A DNA stretch of 63,126 nt, the filler included, from Reticulomyxa filosa (lineage: Eukaryota > Protista > Foraminifera), in assembly GCA_000512085.1 (NCBI GenBank). It is 12 parts of 12 records of this genome, joined end to end, with 100 filler letters (N's around TTAATTAATTAA, not from the genome) between each part and the next. Parts side by side here need not be neighbours in the genome. Positions count along the whole stretch, not along the records: positions 37,515 to 42,623 come from ASPP01025332.1; positions 42,724 to 45,741 come from ASPP01011914.1; positions 45,842 to 48,827 come from ASPP01004477.1; positions 48,928 to 50,082 come from ASPP01024894.1; 8 more parts are not named here. The stretch is one strand, 5' to 3'. The translations under genes were made by a program, and so were the position numbers. The notes beneath the pieces are model-generated. The model was not told the DNA's origin and ran no database searches. It saw only the letters and a list, made by a program, of their open reading frames with translations. The first letter of the stretch is position 1. Every line of letters starts with the position of its first letter. Below, piece by piece: positions 38,400 to 50,082 of the stretch.

Positions 38400-39974
38400 A
38401 GCCTCCAACATGATCACCCAGCGCTCCAATAACATAATAACCGCTCTTTCTCATTTGTTCAATTGAACACAATCTCCAACATCAACTCCAAAACGATCCA
38501 ATCTTTCCTGTTTCGTTTTTTTGTTTAAATTTTCCGGGCCATTCCCGTAGTATTAATTTATCTTGTTTTCTATTCAAATCTTTGAGTAAATCGGCATTAT
38601 CTTTACGAGTGGTCATTTCCGATTTTCGTTTTTCTCCAGGATTTTTAGATTTATTAATGTTGCTATTACTGCGATTTGGAGTTGGTTTTTTTTTGTTTTG
38701 TTTTGTTTTGATTTCTCTGCTTTTGTAATAGCCATTGATTTGATAAACAACTCTTTTGAAGATTTGCATTCAAAATATTTGATTTTGTCAATGTGTCCAC
38801 TATTCTTTCCTTTTGAATTTTTTTGTAATTCAAGGCCAGCTACTGTTCCCCAAAAGAAATGTGCTTCGCCAATGTATCGTACAATTCCAACACGATCTTG
38901 TGATATGGTTACTATATCATCGACTTCTAAATTTAGTTCTTATAATTTTTGTTCTTCTAATGTGCTATACTTGATGGCACCTACACTCCATACATCTTTA
39001 TACAATGGAGTCTCCAATGTCGATACGTCGATTCATACTTTTTTTGGGTCTTTTGGCTGACCCGGGAGATGTTTCCATTAAAACGGAGCTTGTACTACTC
39101 TTTTGGTCTGTATCATCCAATGTGCAATTTCCCCCTGTTTTTTTAATTTTATATTCATCACTATGACATCACACATATGAATTCTTACAAAATAACAATT
39201 AAAAAATAAAATAAAAAATAAATGAGTTCGCTTATTAATCGTTAACAGAGTAATCCTCCGGTTTGCTCTTTGACTTCTTTAGTCTTGCTTCCATATTTTG
39301 CTTTACAGCTTCAAAAATGTTTTATCCGCTGTTCGATTAACACAAACGCAATACCAACTTATTATTATTGTTTCCTCATCCAATTCATCTTTTTCCGATG
39401 GATCTTGTTCTTCATCCTGTCAGTAACTTCAATCCAAAACGAATTTCTACTTTGTGCAAAATCATCTCCTGGGATACCTTTTTTTATTTTTGTATTCAAA
39501 GGCGGGAGCACCAAGTAGTTATTGACATCACATTGCATGTCATCATCATCATCATCATCATCATGTTCTCGATTCAATATGAAAACTCGTCTTTTGCACA
39601 ATGGCTCGTATGTGGAGCATGCAAAATGGAACGGATGAAAACAGAGCCATTTGGTAACAACGAAGATCTAGTAGAGGACAAAACGTTTTGAAAGTGCAAA
39701 GTCCCTTGCACGCTGGTTCCAAATAAGATTCCAATAGTTTGATTAAAGACATTGATAACAGGAACATAAAGTCCGAAAGAGATAGAGAGGAACCGACATC
39801 CGCCATTCCAAAATCCAAACCGCAATACTGAATGTATTTGCTTTCCTGTTGTTTGAACAATGATTTTGACGTAGGTAGATGTGCTGGAATGATTGATATC
39901 GACATTACCATTTTGGAACAATTTGTGTTGGATTGTCCAATTGGATGTCGAATATTACTATTCTCTGCCATCAT
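38400..39974 (-). pseudogene. CAP-Gly domain gene, probably decaying
   Basis: LEVDDIVTISQDRVGIVRYIGEAHFFWGTVAGLELQKNSKGKNSGHIDKIKYFECKSSKELFIK (~38740-38930). A second broken repeat start VDVGDCVQL. Frame breaks on both sides. Confidence 0.7.
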
Positions 39975-40877
39975 TATCCGTGTTGACTATAATCATAACG
40001 CAAGGGTTGACACGCAAATACAATATTTTAATCAACTCATAGATATATAAATGTATATATATATATATATTGCATAGAAAAGATGAAGCAACAGTCTTTT
40101 TCACTAATACAGGAGATTCTATGTTCCTGTAATACGCATAAGTAAACAGGGACTGATTTAATTTTATTTTTGTTTTTGATATTAAAAAAGAAAAAATAGT
40201 ACCTTTCAACTTAGTTCTTGTTTTTTCATTCAAAAACCGACCTTTCTTGTCTTGTGCCAATTGGCCATACGTTGGAGTGGGGTCTTTTTTTTCTGACGAC
40301 AAGTAAAAGCAGCTGTTAAAAAAAAGTTAATAAAGTTATTGAAATAAAAAAAGAATGGAAAGAAAAGATAATGAAAGAAAGGTTGAATATACCTCAACCA
40401 ACACTGGAGCCGGCATTGCAAGTATGTGTCTGTTGGAAACAGAAAAACAAAAAAAACTAGGTCTAAGGGTAGGAACACATAATGTTGCTACACAGACAAG
40501 CAAAGAAAAAAACAAACAAATAAAAGAACATAAATTCTTTCTTGCTTTTCATCCTGCAAACAATTTCCATAACTTTTTCAATTTTTTTTTCAATTTTCTT
40601 TCTATTGACATCTGCATGCAATATGACGACGAGGCTCTTTCTTTTTGGCTATGTTTTTGACAAAACAAAAATGATAAAGTATTGTACAGTCACACATACA
40701 TAAAAACACTATCCAAATGTTGCTTTTTGTTTTTGTTTTTCTTAATAAAATAATTTCAATTTTTTTTTTTTACATATTCCTGTCTGTGTTTTTGTCAGAA
40801 ACGCAATCAATTAATAATTATAATTATTTATTAAAAAAAAACGTATGTATAATATAACTTAATTATAAACAGAAAAA

Positions 40878-42564
40878 ATGATCGGCCGAAAACGCCCTCA
40901 CGCTGAGGGACAAAGAGAAGATGCACCGGCTCCAAAACGTGCAAAGGTATGCATTCCACAAAATAAAATCAAATATTTATGAGTTGAGGTAAATCTATTT
41001 GTTTGTATGTTTATAAATTGGTATAATAATAGATGAGTGGTGGCATATGCCATAAAGTGATGAAGCTAGTGGCATCATTGCTTCCAATTAACTGGAATGT
41101 ATGCCAGGCTCGAGGAGACGAAGAGCCTGCATCAAATAGTATGGAGCCTCTGGTTAGTCATTTAAAAATTGTTCTATTATTTGTTTAACTTCTATTTAGT
41201 CAATATAATAAAAAAGCCACACAGATATTAATATACAATTTATTTATAAATAAATATTGTAATTTTGTAATATACACATGCTTTTTGTTGTCACAAAATG
41301 AGATATATTATATGTTATTGTGCATACTATTTGTGCATAGGCTGCACAGGCTCCAAAGTCAAATGTAGAGCCAGAACAGCAGCAACGACATGAACAACAA
41401 GATCGACCAGCACAAACGAAGATATCAGAACAGCCAAAAGAACAAGCGCGACCAAAAAAACGACGGCAAAAATCCAAAGGATGCAAGGATCGACAAAAAG
41501 GACAGCGACAACGAAAAGGTAAAAAGGCTGCCATAGAGCCAAAAAAAGACGGTGTGGCTCCGCAGCCAATAAAAAAAAAGCTGCTTGTCCTTGATATGGA
41601 CAATACAATTATGTATTGCAGCACTGAGGTGAGTTCTTGTCTTTAGTTATATGTGTAAATATCTAAATTATTAATGCAAACAATCACATACAAATAGGAA
41701 ATAACAAACTCGTCTGGAAAAGTGGATGTCTTGTTGGATGGTCGAATCCGCAGTGCCTGCGTCAAGCAGAGACCCTTTCTGCAAGGCTTCCTTGATGGCT
41801 GCAGTAAATATTACGATATTATGATATTTACTGCAGCAGGAGCCAAATACGCAGACGACGTGTTGAAATTAATAGATAAGAATCATTATATAACACGTCG
41901 TTTATATAATGATTCTTTGACTCTTGATGCAGAGTCTGGATTTTATAAAGTTAGATGTATATGTGTATGTATATTATTTATATTATAATTATGATAATTG
42001 ATAAATAGGATATCACTAAGCTTGGGCGGTCGATGAATGACGTCGTTTTCGTAGACGACAGAAAAATTAGCTGCTCGAAATTCCCGTCCAATTCTATCTG
42101 CATTGATGCCTACGAAGGTGCCGATAATGACACTGCGGTAATCTATATTTATTTTGTCTGTTAATTGTTTGTATATTTACATAAAAATAAATATAAATAT
42201 AAATTAACTCAAAATAGTTAATTCGATTGTTGCCTTTGTTAGTAACAACATTGGCACATGCTGATGATGTCCGCACCGTGTTGGACGCGAGCCAGTCTTT
42301 CTACTGGGCCTGCGATCAAGCGACGTTCGAAAACGAGTCGCAGATGAAGTTTTGTGTCTATTTATTTTGTGTAAAGTGTATTTGTATATTGTATTTGTTT
42401 ATTTGTGTATAGAATATCGAAACATAAACAACAATCAACAAAATATATTTCACATACTCAATGAATACAATAGGTCATGGAACAATATTATCATGACAGC
42501 ATCTGGCTCCAAAACGACAGCTACTGGAGCAGACAACGAGGCCAAAGCTGGTGGTAGCCATTAA
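40878..42564 (+). CDS. FCP1/SCP (NIF, CTDSP-like) HAD phosphatase, multi-exon
   Basis: LLVLDMDNT (DxDxT motif), KQRPFLQGFL, IMIFTAAGAKYADDVLKLID, RRLY, K|DITKLGRSMNDVVFVDD, DDVRTVL. Confidence 0.9.
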
Positions 42565-42723
42565 GAAGATGTGGAGTCAGAAGGAATGGAGTCCAGCAAC
42601 AATATAACGCACGCAGCTACCGCNNNNNNNNNNNNNNNNNNNNNNNNNNNNNNNNNNNNNNNNNNNNTTAATTAATTAANNNNNNNNNNNNNNNNNNNNN
42701 NNNNNNNNNNNNNNNNNNNNNNN

Positions 42724-42795
42724 GTTCTACCTTTTTTTTTTTTTTAATGTTCTACCCTTTTTTTTTTTTTAATGTTCTACCCTTTTTTTTTTTTA
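42724..42795 (+). repeat. Short tandem repeat (GTTCTACCC-Tn-AAT) x3 in an intron
   Basis: Three visible copies at the contig start. Confidence 0.8.
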
Positions 42796-42825
42796 GTGCG
42801 GCTCAAAAAAAAAAAAATTTGATAG

Positions 42826-43371
42826 GAATCCTGAGGGCAGATGCAATGGATATTTTACAAACAATGGCAAAGTATCCAGATGTGTTTATTGACCACATGT
42901 TAGTCGAAGAATTGGACATTCAACCAGTGGATGACGACGAAAGTGCGATAAAAAATGGATTGGTTACAATGAGTTCTTTTATGGTTTTTGGTGTTGTTCC
43001 ATTACTTGCATATGTCATCACTCTTCCTATCAATTTTCCTGGTACGTGCTTTTGAGTTTATTTATTTATTTATTTTCAGATATGTGTACACAAATTTTCA
43101 TATCAAAAAGAAACGGAACGTCCATACACATATATAAATTGTTGTTGGGGGTCCGTTTTTTTGACAAAAAAAAGACTACAATCCAACATTTTTAATATCA
43201 ATTATACTCACCGTCCTTACGCTCCTGCTTTTGGGAGGCATCAAAGGAAAAATGACAGAGTCATCTATTTGGAAATCGGCTTTTTTTGTTATGCTCAATG
43301 GCGTTATAGCTGCAGCTGCAAGCTATCTGATTGGATTCCTATTGGCACAGTTGATCAATACTCAAGTTTGA
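42826..43371 (+). CDS. VIT1/CCC1 family vacuolar iron/manganese transporter, 3' part
   Basis: FIDHMLVEELDI...SAIKNGLVTMSSFMVFGVVPLLAY, then LTLLLLGGIKGKMT..IWKSAFFVMLNGVIAAAASYLIG. Confidence 0.88.
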
Positions 43372-44566
43372 AATTCTGCTTGTTTTCTTTTTGATTTAAT
43401 AAGTATTTTTCTTTAGCTGCTGCGCTTTTATTTTCCTCAAACTTCGCGTAAACTTATATAACATAGCAACAATGAATTTTATTATTTCTTCCACATAAGT
43501 TTTCTTTTTTTGAAGATATCACTTTTTTTTATCACTTCAACTCACGTGTTGTCTTTACTTTCCATTTTAAAAAACTTGAAACGTATGTTGAGAAATGCTC
43601 GCGTTTTTAGTTTGAAATATGTGTATTGCTAAGTAAATGTCGTCAATGAGTATTATGACATTCTGCACCCATCAAAAGTCCATATATATTCGTTATCACT
43701 TATTGTGACGCAACAATATTTTCAAAACTAGTTTGATGTTTTGTACAAGCAAACTTGCATTACATCAAAATGTAATACAAAATTGTTTAAATTGAACATG
43801 TGCAAATGAACAATTGCGTCAGTGCATGTTATAGAGAAGCTGGGGTTCGAAACACAGAGCCTGAGAGTTTTTGCGAAGTTGTATCAACAATTTAAAGAAA
43901 GTTGATTCAATTAGACAAAAAGAGTTTAAGTCATTATGATTCTGTGTTACGTAGTACACTGAACTAAACTTATGATAGACCGTCAAATACGCGACAAAGT
44001 CCTCAAAATTTGTATAATTTTTTGTCAAAACCAACACAATTTCTGACAAGATCCCTTTCGCCGTTAGCAGCCGAAAAATGACGAGATAAGAAAAAAAACG
44101 CAGTATTAATAAACAAAAAATGTCCTATTTTTGGATATTCTGGTAATACGTTAATTCCGTCCCAAAAAAGGATTATCCATGTCAATATTCGAAGCATTTT
44201 GCTCATCATATGTTATAAAGATTATGTAGGAGATTGTTGACAAAAAAGGAAGTTTTGTTCCTTTAAGAAAGAATTGCGTTGTCTTTTGATGAACCAAAAA
44301 AGGTCATTGTTCTTGCTTGAAGCATACTATAATTGAATTAGAAAATAATTACGTGTCACACTAACAAATAACTAAAAAGTTTTATAAATTTACAAAATTA
44401 TGTATTTTGAAAGCTTAAGTGCTTTACAAACAATAAAGTATTCGTTATGTAATTTCTTATTTCTTTGGTTACTATACAGTAACACTACTAATCAAATCAA
44501 TCAAGAAATAAATAAATCCATGTTCAAAGTGAACAGGTAAAAATCCTTTAGTTTGAGTAAAAAAAA

Positions 44567-45700
44567 ATGGCAGATATTGATAAAACAAGGTTTTTTCCGA
44601 ATAAATGTTTATCATGGGAAGAATTTACGAAGACTCATGCTTCGTTATTAGAAGCAGGTACAAAGACAAAGTATATGCATTTCTTTAATACTGACCGACC
44701 TGAAACAAACCAAAAAAAAAGACAATCAAGGCAGCGATGACGTGGCCCGTTTGCTAAAAGAGTTTCCTTCAAATTTTTTAGAAAATTGTGGTGAATATGT
44801 GGCATCATTAGTGGTAGAACTGTTGAAAGAGTTTGACATTGACGATTTAGACAAAAGGAAGAACTGTGACGGTAAGTGTGAAGGATTGGAGTCGATTTCG
44901 AGATCATTATTTGTGCATTGTTTTTTATTGGAATTTTTTTTTATTTTTATTTTTTTTTTTTTTTTTTTTTTGGTGGACAGGAAAAAAAGAATTGTCACAT
45001 AGTAGCAATATTAACAACAATAATAAAAGGATCGATATATGTTGGAATTAGTGGTATTTCGGTGTTTTTTTTGCGAATAATCGAAGTGCTAGATGAAGAT
45101 AAACACTCTGCAGAAACACAAAAAACGAGCAACGAAAAAAAAGTGGAGATGGAAGATGAAACCAAGACAAATTTTGAAAGGGAAAAACCAAAAGAAAGTG
45201 AGAAGACGGAACGATTAAACAAATGGGTTCATTTGCTAGCAAAAAAATTGAACATTGAACCATCCAAAGTATATGACCACTTATTGGCTCATGCATTCAG
45301 CTATAATACCATTGCGCTGGCTTCTTTCGAGTTAATACTAGAATTTTTTTTTTTTCTTGCTCTTCTCTTTCCCTTGCTTCTCATCCTCTTTGCCACACAC
45401 AAAAATACATTACGTATGCTTTGTAATATACCTTTCCTAATAACACCATATATGAAAGCAAACAGTCTCATAATCCAGTCTTTTCTTTGCTCCTTGGCAT
45501 TGTCGGAGTGTATGCTGTGCGGGCTGTTTGCTACTATTACTTGGGAAACAAGGACAAAATGAACAGTTGCATTCAAAAGTTAAAGGCAATGTACAAAGAT
45601 GTCATTGAGATATCGGAGCATGAGTTATTATATGGTAAAATGGGTTATGTGGCTGCCCTTTTATTCATCCAAAACCTACTCGACTTGTTTAAGTCAACTC

Positions 45701-45741
<41 letters not shown>
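44567..45741 (+). CDS. LanC-like protein (LANCL/GCR2 family), 5' part; truncated
   Basis: RFFPN, SIYVGISGIS, FSLLLGIVGVYAVRAV (intron ~45330-45458 restores the frame), ELLYGKMGYVAALLFI. Confidence 0.85.
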
Positions 45742-45841
45742 NNNNNNNNNNNNNNNNNNNNNNNNNNNNNNNNNNNNNNNNNNNNTTAATTAATTAANNN
45801 NNNNNNNNNNNNNNNNNNNNNNNNNNNNNNNNNNNNNNNNN

Positions 45842-48827
45842 AGGTCATGAATAGAAGCAATGACGAAAAATCTTTGGGCGGTGTCAAAAAAAGCGAGGAA
45901 GAAGCAGAAGTGAATGAAAACGAGCACGAAGACGAAAACGAAAAAGAAGACAAAGACGACAAGCCGAAAATGAACGCACAAGAAAGTATGGTAGTGAATT
46001 TCGTTGCCGTGGCTGTCGACGACCGAGTTTGAATCTAGGGAAGCAAGAATTATAGTACGCTCCCGAATAAACTTTCGTTGTAGAGAAGCTAGGGCCAGTG
46101 GTATGATTTATTTATTTGCTTTTGGAAAAAAAAGTCATTGATTATTGTTGGATTTTGTTTTTGATGCTAGAAAACAAACTTCGTCATCGAAGTTGTTACC
46201 ATTGTTGCACGCAGACGATACACACAACACCTCCGCAAGCACAATAACCGAAAAGTCAATTCAAGATCGGGAGGAAAAGAAGAAGTGGTGAAGTACATTG
46301 GAGATATCACTGATTTGGAGTTGGACACATTGAACACTTATGTCACAATGGAACAGCGTGAGGAAAAAAACATTTTGAGGCCAATGTATGTCGTGGCCAT
46401 TTCACGCAAGAGGGTCAGTTTCTCAAGTAGTAATTTCTTTGGTGAAGCCATTGGGCTCGAAAACCTCAAATACGACCTTCCAATTGAAACCATTAAAATC
46501 CGACAGTCGCATAGTTTTTGTCAGTGAGGGGCGACAAGACCATCAAGTACATTGAAGATATGTGCGAAGGAGAAACGTATGTGACCGAAATCAACATGTG
46601 GACCAGAGAATCAATAAAAGCCGAAGAGGAACGAACAATGCGCTTCAGTGTAAAGCATGGACATAGCATAACTTGCCCACGCTTCAATATTACAGCCAAT
46701 TTGCTGCCCGAGTGGATGGGACAAGAACAATGAAGCGCACAAAGGAATACGTACTTTACGTGTCTGCCAAAACGAGAATGACTTGTGAAAGAATTAAAAC
46801 GTCGCCACAACGATGATCCGAGCCGCCAATATTTGAATCGATGATGTCCAGAATGTGAAGGCAAATTTTGAAGTTGGGACGCTACAAAAAGGTCGGCATG
46901 GTATGTGACCACGGCTATCATCATGGGATCAAATTCATCAAATAAGATTAGTGTTTCCAATGCTCAAAATGTGACAATCGACCTGCAATTTGGACTGCAT
47001 ATCAAAACTACATTTGTCAATTATAATCACAAAGAAGATATCCACGACCTTCGAACTCGGTATAGTCAGGTGAACGAGCAATGGACCTTTGATGAAATCG
47101 ACATTGAAGGTGCGATGCTGACCACGACATGAATGAAAAGACAAAATCCAACTTTAATTTACCGCCTAATAACGTGTTTCACTTCTTTCATATTGTGACA
47201 ATGTCAAGTGGAAAACTCGAAGCATTCAAAAGACGGTACCGGCGAATAAAAAATTGGCGCGGAACAACAATCGAAATGTTTAGATTGATTGCTCGTATCG
47301 AAACCGGTTATGTGCGTGCGCAACTTTGAATTTTGTACCATACGTGTGCTAATGGGAAGAATCGTGAGCTCGTGAGACATTGAGAATTGAAGAGATAGAA
47401 AGAGCCGTTGCACCGATCATCTTTGCTTGACTATCTCTGGGATCGAAGAGTCAAAAATCGCTCCACCATTTGACAAAGCAAGGGCAATCAATCGCTTCAA
47501 TGTGTTGGGGTGCTGCTAGATGGATACGTGAGCAATGTCAGTGGCAGAAGTCGATTGTATTATGCCCTCCCCAAGTCCGTTCGATGATTCAAAATAACGG
47601 AATGCTTGATGGCGGTATTGTGATTGAAATACAAACGCGCACTCGAACAGCAAGAACTCACAAGGATTTGCTGTTATTGCGCCCGTTCCTCTTTCATGTC
47701 ACCTGACGTTATAATTGTGATTGCATCCATTGCTTAAAAAAGTATTTTTTTTTATATACATATTCAACACAATATCTTTATACGTATATTAATTTTTTAT
47801 TTGTATGTATGTGGTATGTGTTGCTCCGAAATTTTTTAATAGACATTTCAATGTGTAACAATGAAGTTTTGAAATACGAATGGACAAGTTTTTATTGTTA
47901 CATTGCGCAAATGTGTTCGAAGCCGGGAGGGTATTCAAGACATTGAAAAGAACTTTGCCAACAATAAACCATCGCATAAAAATCAAATTGAAAAAGACCA
48001 ATTCAAAGAAAAGTTGAATAATTTGAAAACAGTCCCTTATCCAACTCTGCAAGACTTGCGTGGAAAACAATTGGATAACATTAAAAAAGCAATTAAGGAC
48101 AAAGAGCGAAAAAGCGAGAGAAGAAGTAGAAGTGAATGATAACAGCATCGATAACGAGGACAAGACAACGCCACTTCCGCAAACACCATTGCCAAAAAAC
48201 TCAATTCAAGATTGGGGACTATGTGAAGTTTTATCTCGAGTGAAAGTGGGAAATGGTGTGAAGTACATTGGAGAAACCGATTTGATGAAAGGAGAGATCA
48301 TCGACTTGGAGTTGGGAACACATGGAACCCTTAGGGCACAATGACACCAGTGTAAGGAAAGAAACATTTTCGCATGAAATGGCCACGACGTACATTGGCC
48401 TCAATAGGCATTTCTCAATTCGTGGTCCATTTGGTAAAGCCATTGGACCCGAAAATTCCCAATGCGACCCTTCAAATTGAAACAATTAAAAACCGACAAT
48501 CGCATAGTTCTTGTCAATTGAGGGGAGGGGGAGCGACAGATGTCATCAAATACATTGGTTATCCTCCTTTTGTTGAGGACGAAGTAGTTGGGATTGAATT
48601 GGAGGAGTGGCAATATCATCTTTGACACGTTACCTGAACGCGACATCTTTACAAGACGAAACGAAATCGAAAAGTTTTAATCCAGAGAAGAAAAAAGAAA
48701 CTGAAAGAGGTAAAAGATTCAATTTGAAAATTGGAGACAAAGTCAATGTAACCAAGAATTGTTCCGAATGATCAAATATATTGGCTCACTGATCAAGGAA
48801 TCGTTGCATTTAATTAGGTTTGTTTTT
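45842..48827 (+). pseudogene. Decayed tandem CAP-Gly repeat gene(s) with an internal duplication (~46220-46560 vs ~48165-48560)
   Basis: Repeated fragments VVKYIGDI..LELD, GVKYIGETDLMKGEIIDLELG, VIKYIGYPPFVEDEVVGIELEEW, YFTCLPKR. Many stops and frameshifts. The two segments share visible nucleotide similarity. Confidence 0.75.
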
Positions 48828-49192
48828 NNNNNNNNNNNNNNNNNNNNNNNNNNNNNNNNNNNNNNNNNNNNTTAATTAATTAANNNNNNNNNNNNNNNNN
48901 NNNNNNNNNNNNNNNNNNNNNNNNNNNTCCGGAATTTCTGGGAACATGTCTTCCTCCATTTCAATTACAATATACGGACTTTTACCACCACTTTTTTTGG
49001 GATTTTTTTCTTGCGTTTTGATTGAGTTTGAGATTGAGTTGAGATTGAGATTGAGATTGAGGGAGTCTTTTATTATTACTTGTCTCACGATCTTCTTCTT
49101 TGTTGTCGTCGTCGTCGTCGTCGTCGTCATCATCATTATCATTATCATTATCATTATCATCATCATCATCATCTTCATCATCTTCATTATGA

Positions 49193-50082
49193 TTAGTGAT
49201 GGGCTGGGGTGGGGAGTCCCCTTTTTTTTATTGGTTTGCTTTTTTTTTTGGCTTGACGACTGCCTCGGAGTTGAATGGCGGACACGTATCGATTTCGCCT
49301 ACGAAAGTTGGCTCGGTCTCTGTCCTTGCACAGACGTGCGAATCCTTGCGGACTTAGGGCGCAACAACTCGCGAGCATCTGCCGCAAGACGCGCAGCTCT
49401 TGGTGGATCTTGGGCTCTACAGGGAAAGCGAAAAGAGTTAGCAGTCGCAAAGGGTGGTTAAAAGTCATTGCGTCGGGGACAAACCAAATCCCTCCGGTAT
49501 ACGTCATGTCCACACATAACCGCAGCCACAGACTACTGAGACATTTAGTGGCCATGTGTTCGAATTGGCGATCGTTTGCTTGGTAACAATAGCCCGAATA
49601 AGTAATATGAAGGACTTGACACATGTCATCCATATATACACAACCGCCGTAGGTTTGTGATTGGTTCCGGACAAGTTCCTGTTCTTGTTCCTGTTCCTGT
49701 TCCTGTTCCTTTCCTTGATGTTCTGACTGTGCATGCCATTGGAACGCTTTCATTTCATAACGATACATCTCGTTACAAGTCCAGGTCCAACCCCAGACAC
49801 CATCGACGTCGTTGTCCCTCGCACGTTGTGACTGGCCCATCACCACCAGCTTCCTCGTCTCTCCCACAGACGCAATCAACGCACAGTCCTGCAGCAGCTT
49901 CGACAAGCTATAGTGTGACGTATTGGAAGAGGCGGCAATGACTTGCGTGGACAGTGGTGCAAGTGCAAAGTCCACGCTGTCATTGACCAAAGCGCGCAAC
50001 ACCGAATGAATTATGTGGATGTTCATGGACAGATCATTGGATTTGCTTTCCTTCCTCTTATTATTATTATTATTATTATTAT
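49193..50082 (-). CDS. Hypothetical protein fragment, both ends uncertain
   Basis: GC-richer open frame of about 280 codons with a (QE)n tract and basic tail. No family recognised. Confidence 0.55.

Noticed and set aside
43835-43865. GGGGTTCGAAAC, a B-box/T-loop-like motif
   Set aside because: The T-stem pairs poorly and no D-arm or acceptor stem can be built.
45470-45500. Apparent frameshift in the LanC-like gene
   Set aside because: Resolved by a phase-2 intron (~45330-45458) giving FDKQSHNPVFSLLLGIVG.
44567-45741. LanC-like gene as a sign of a lanthipeptide cluster
   Set aside because: It is an intron-containing eukaryotic LANCL-type gene with no precursor peptide or dehydratase on its contig.
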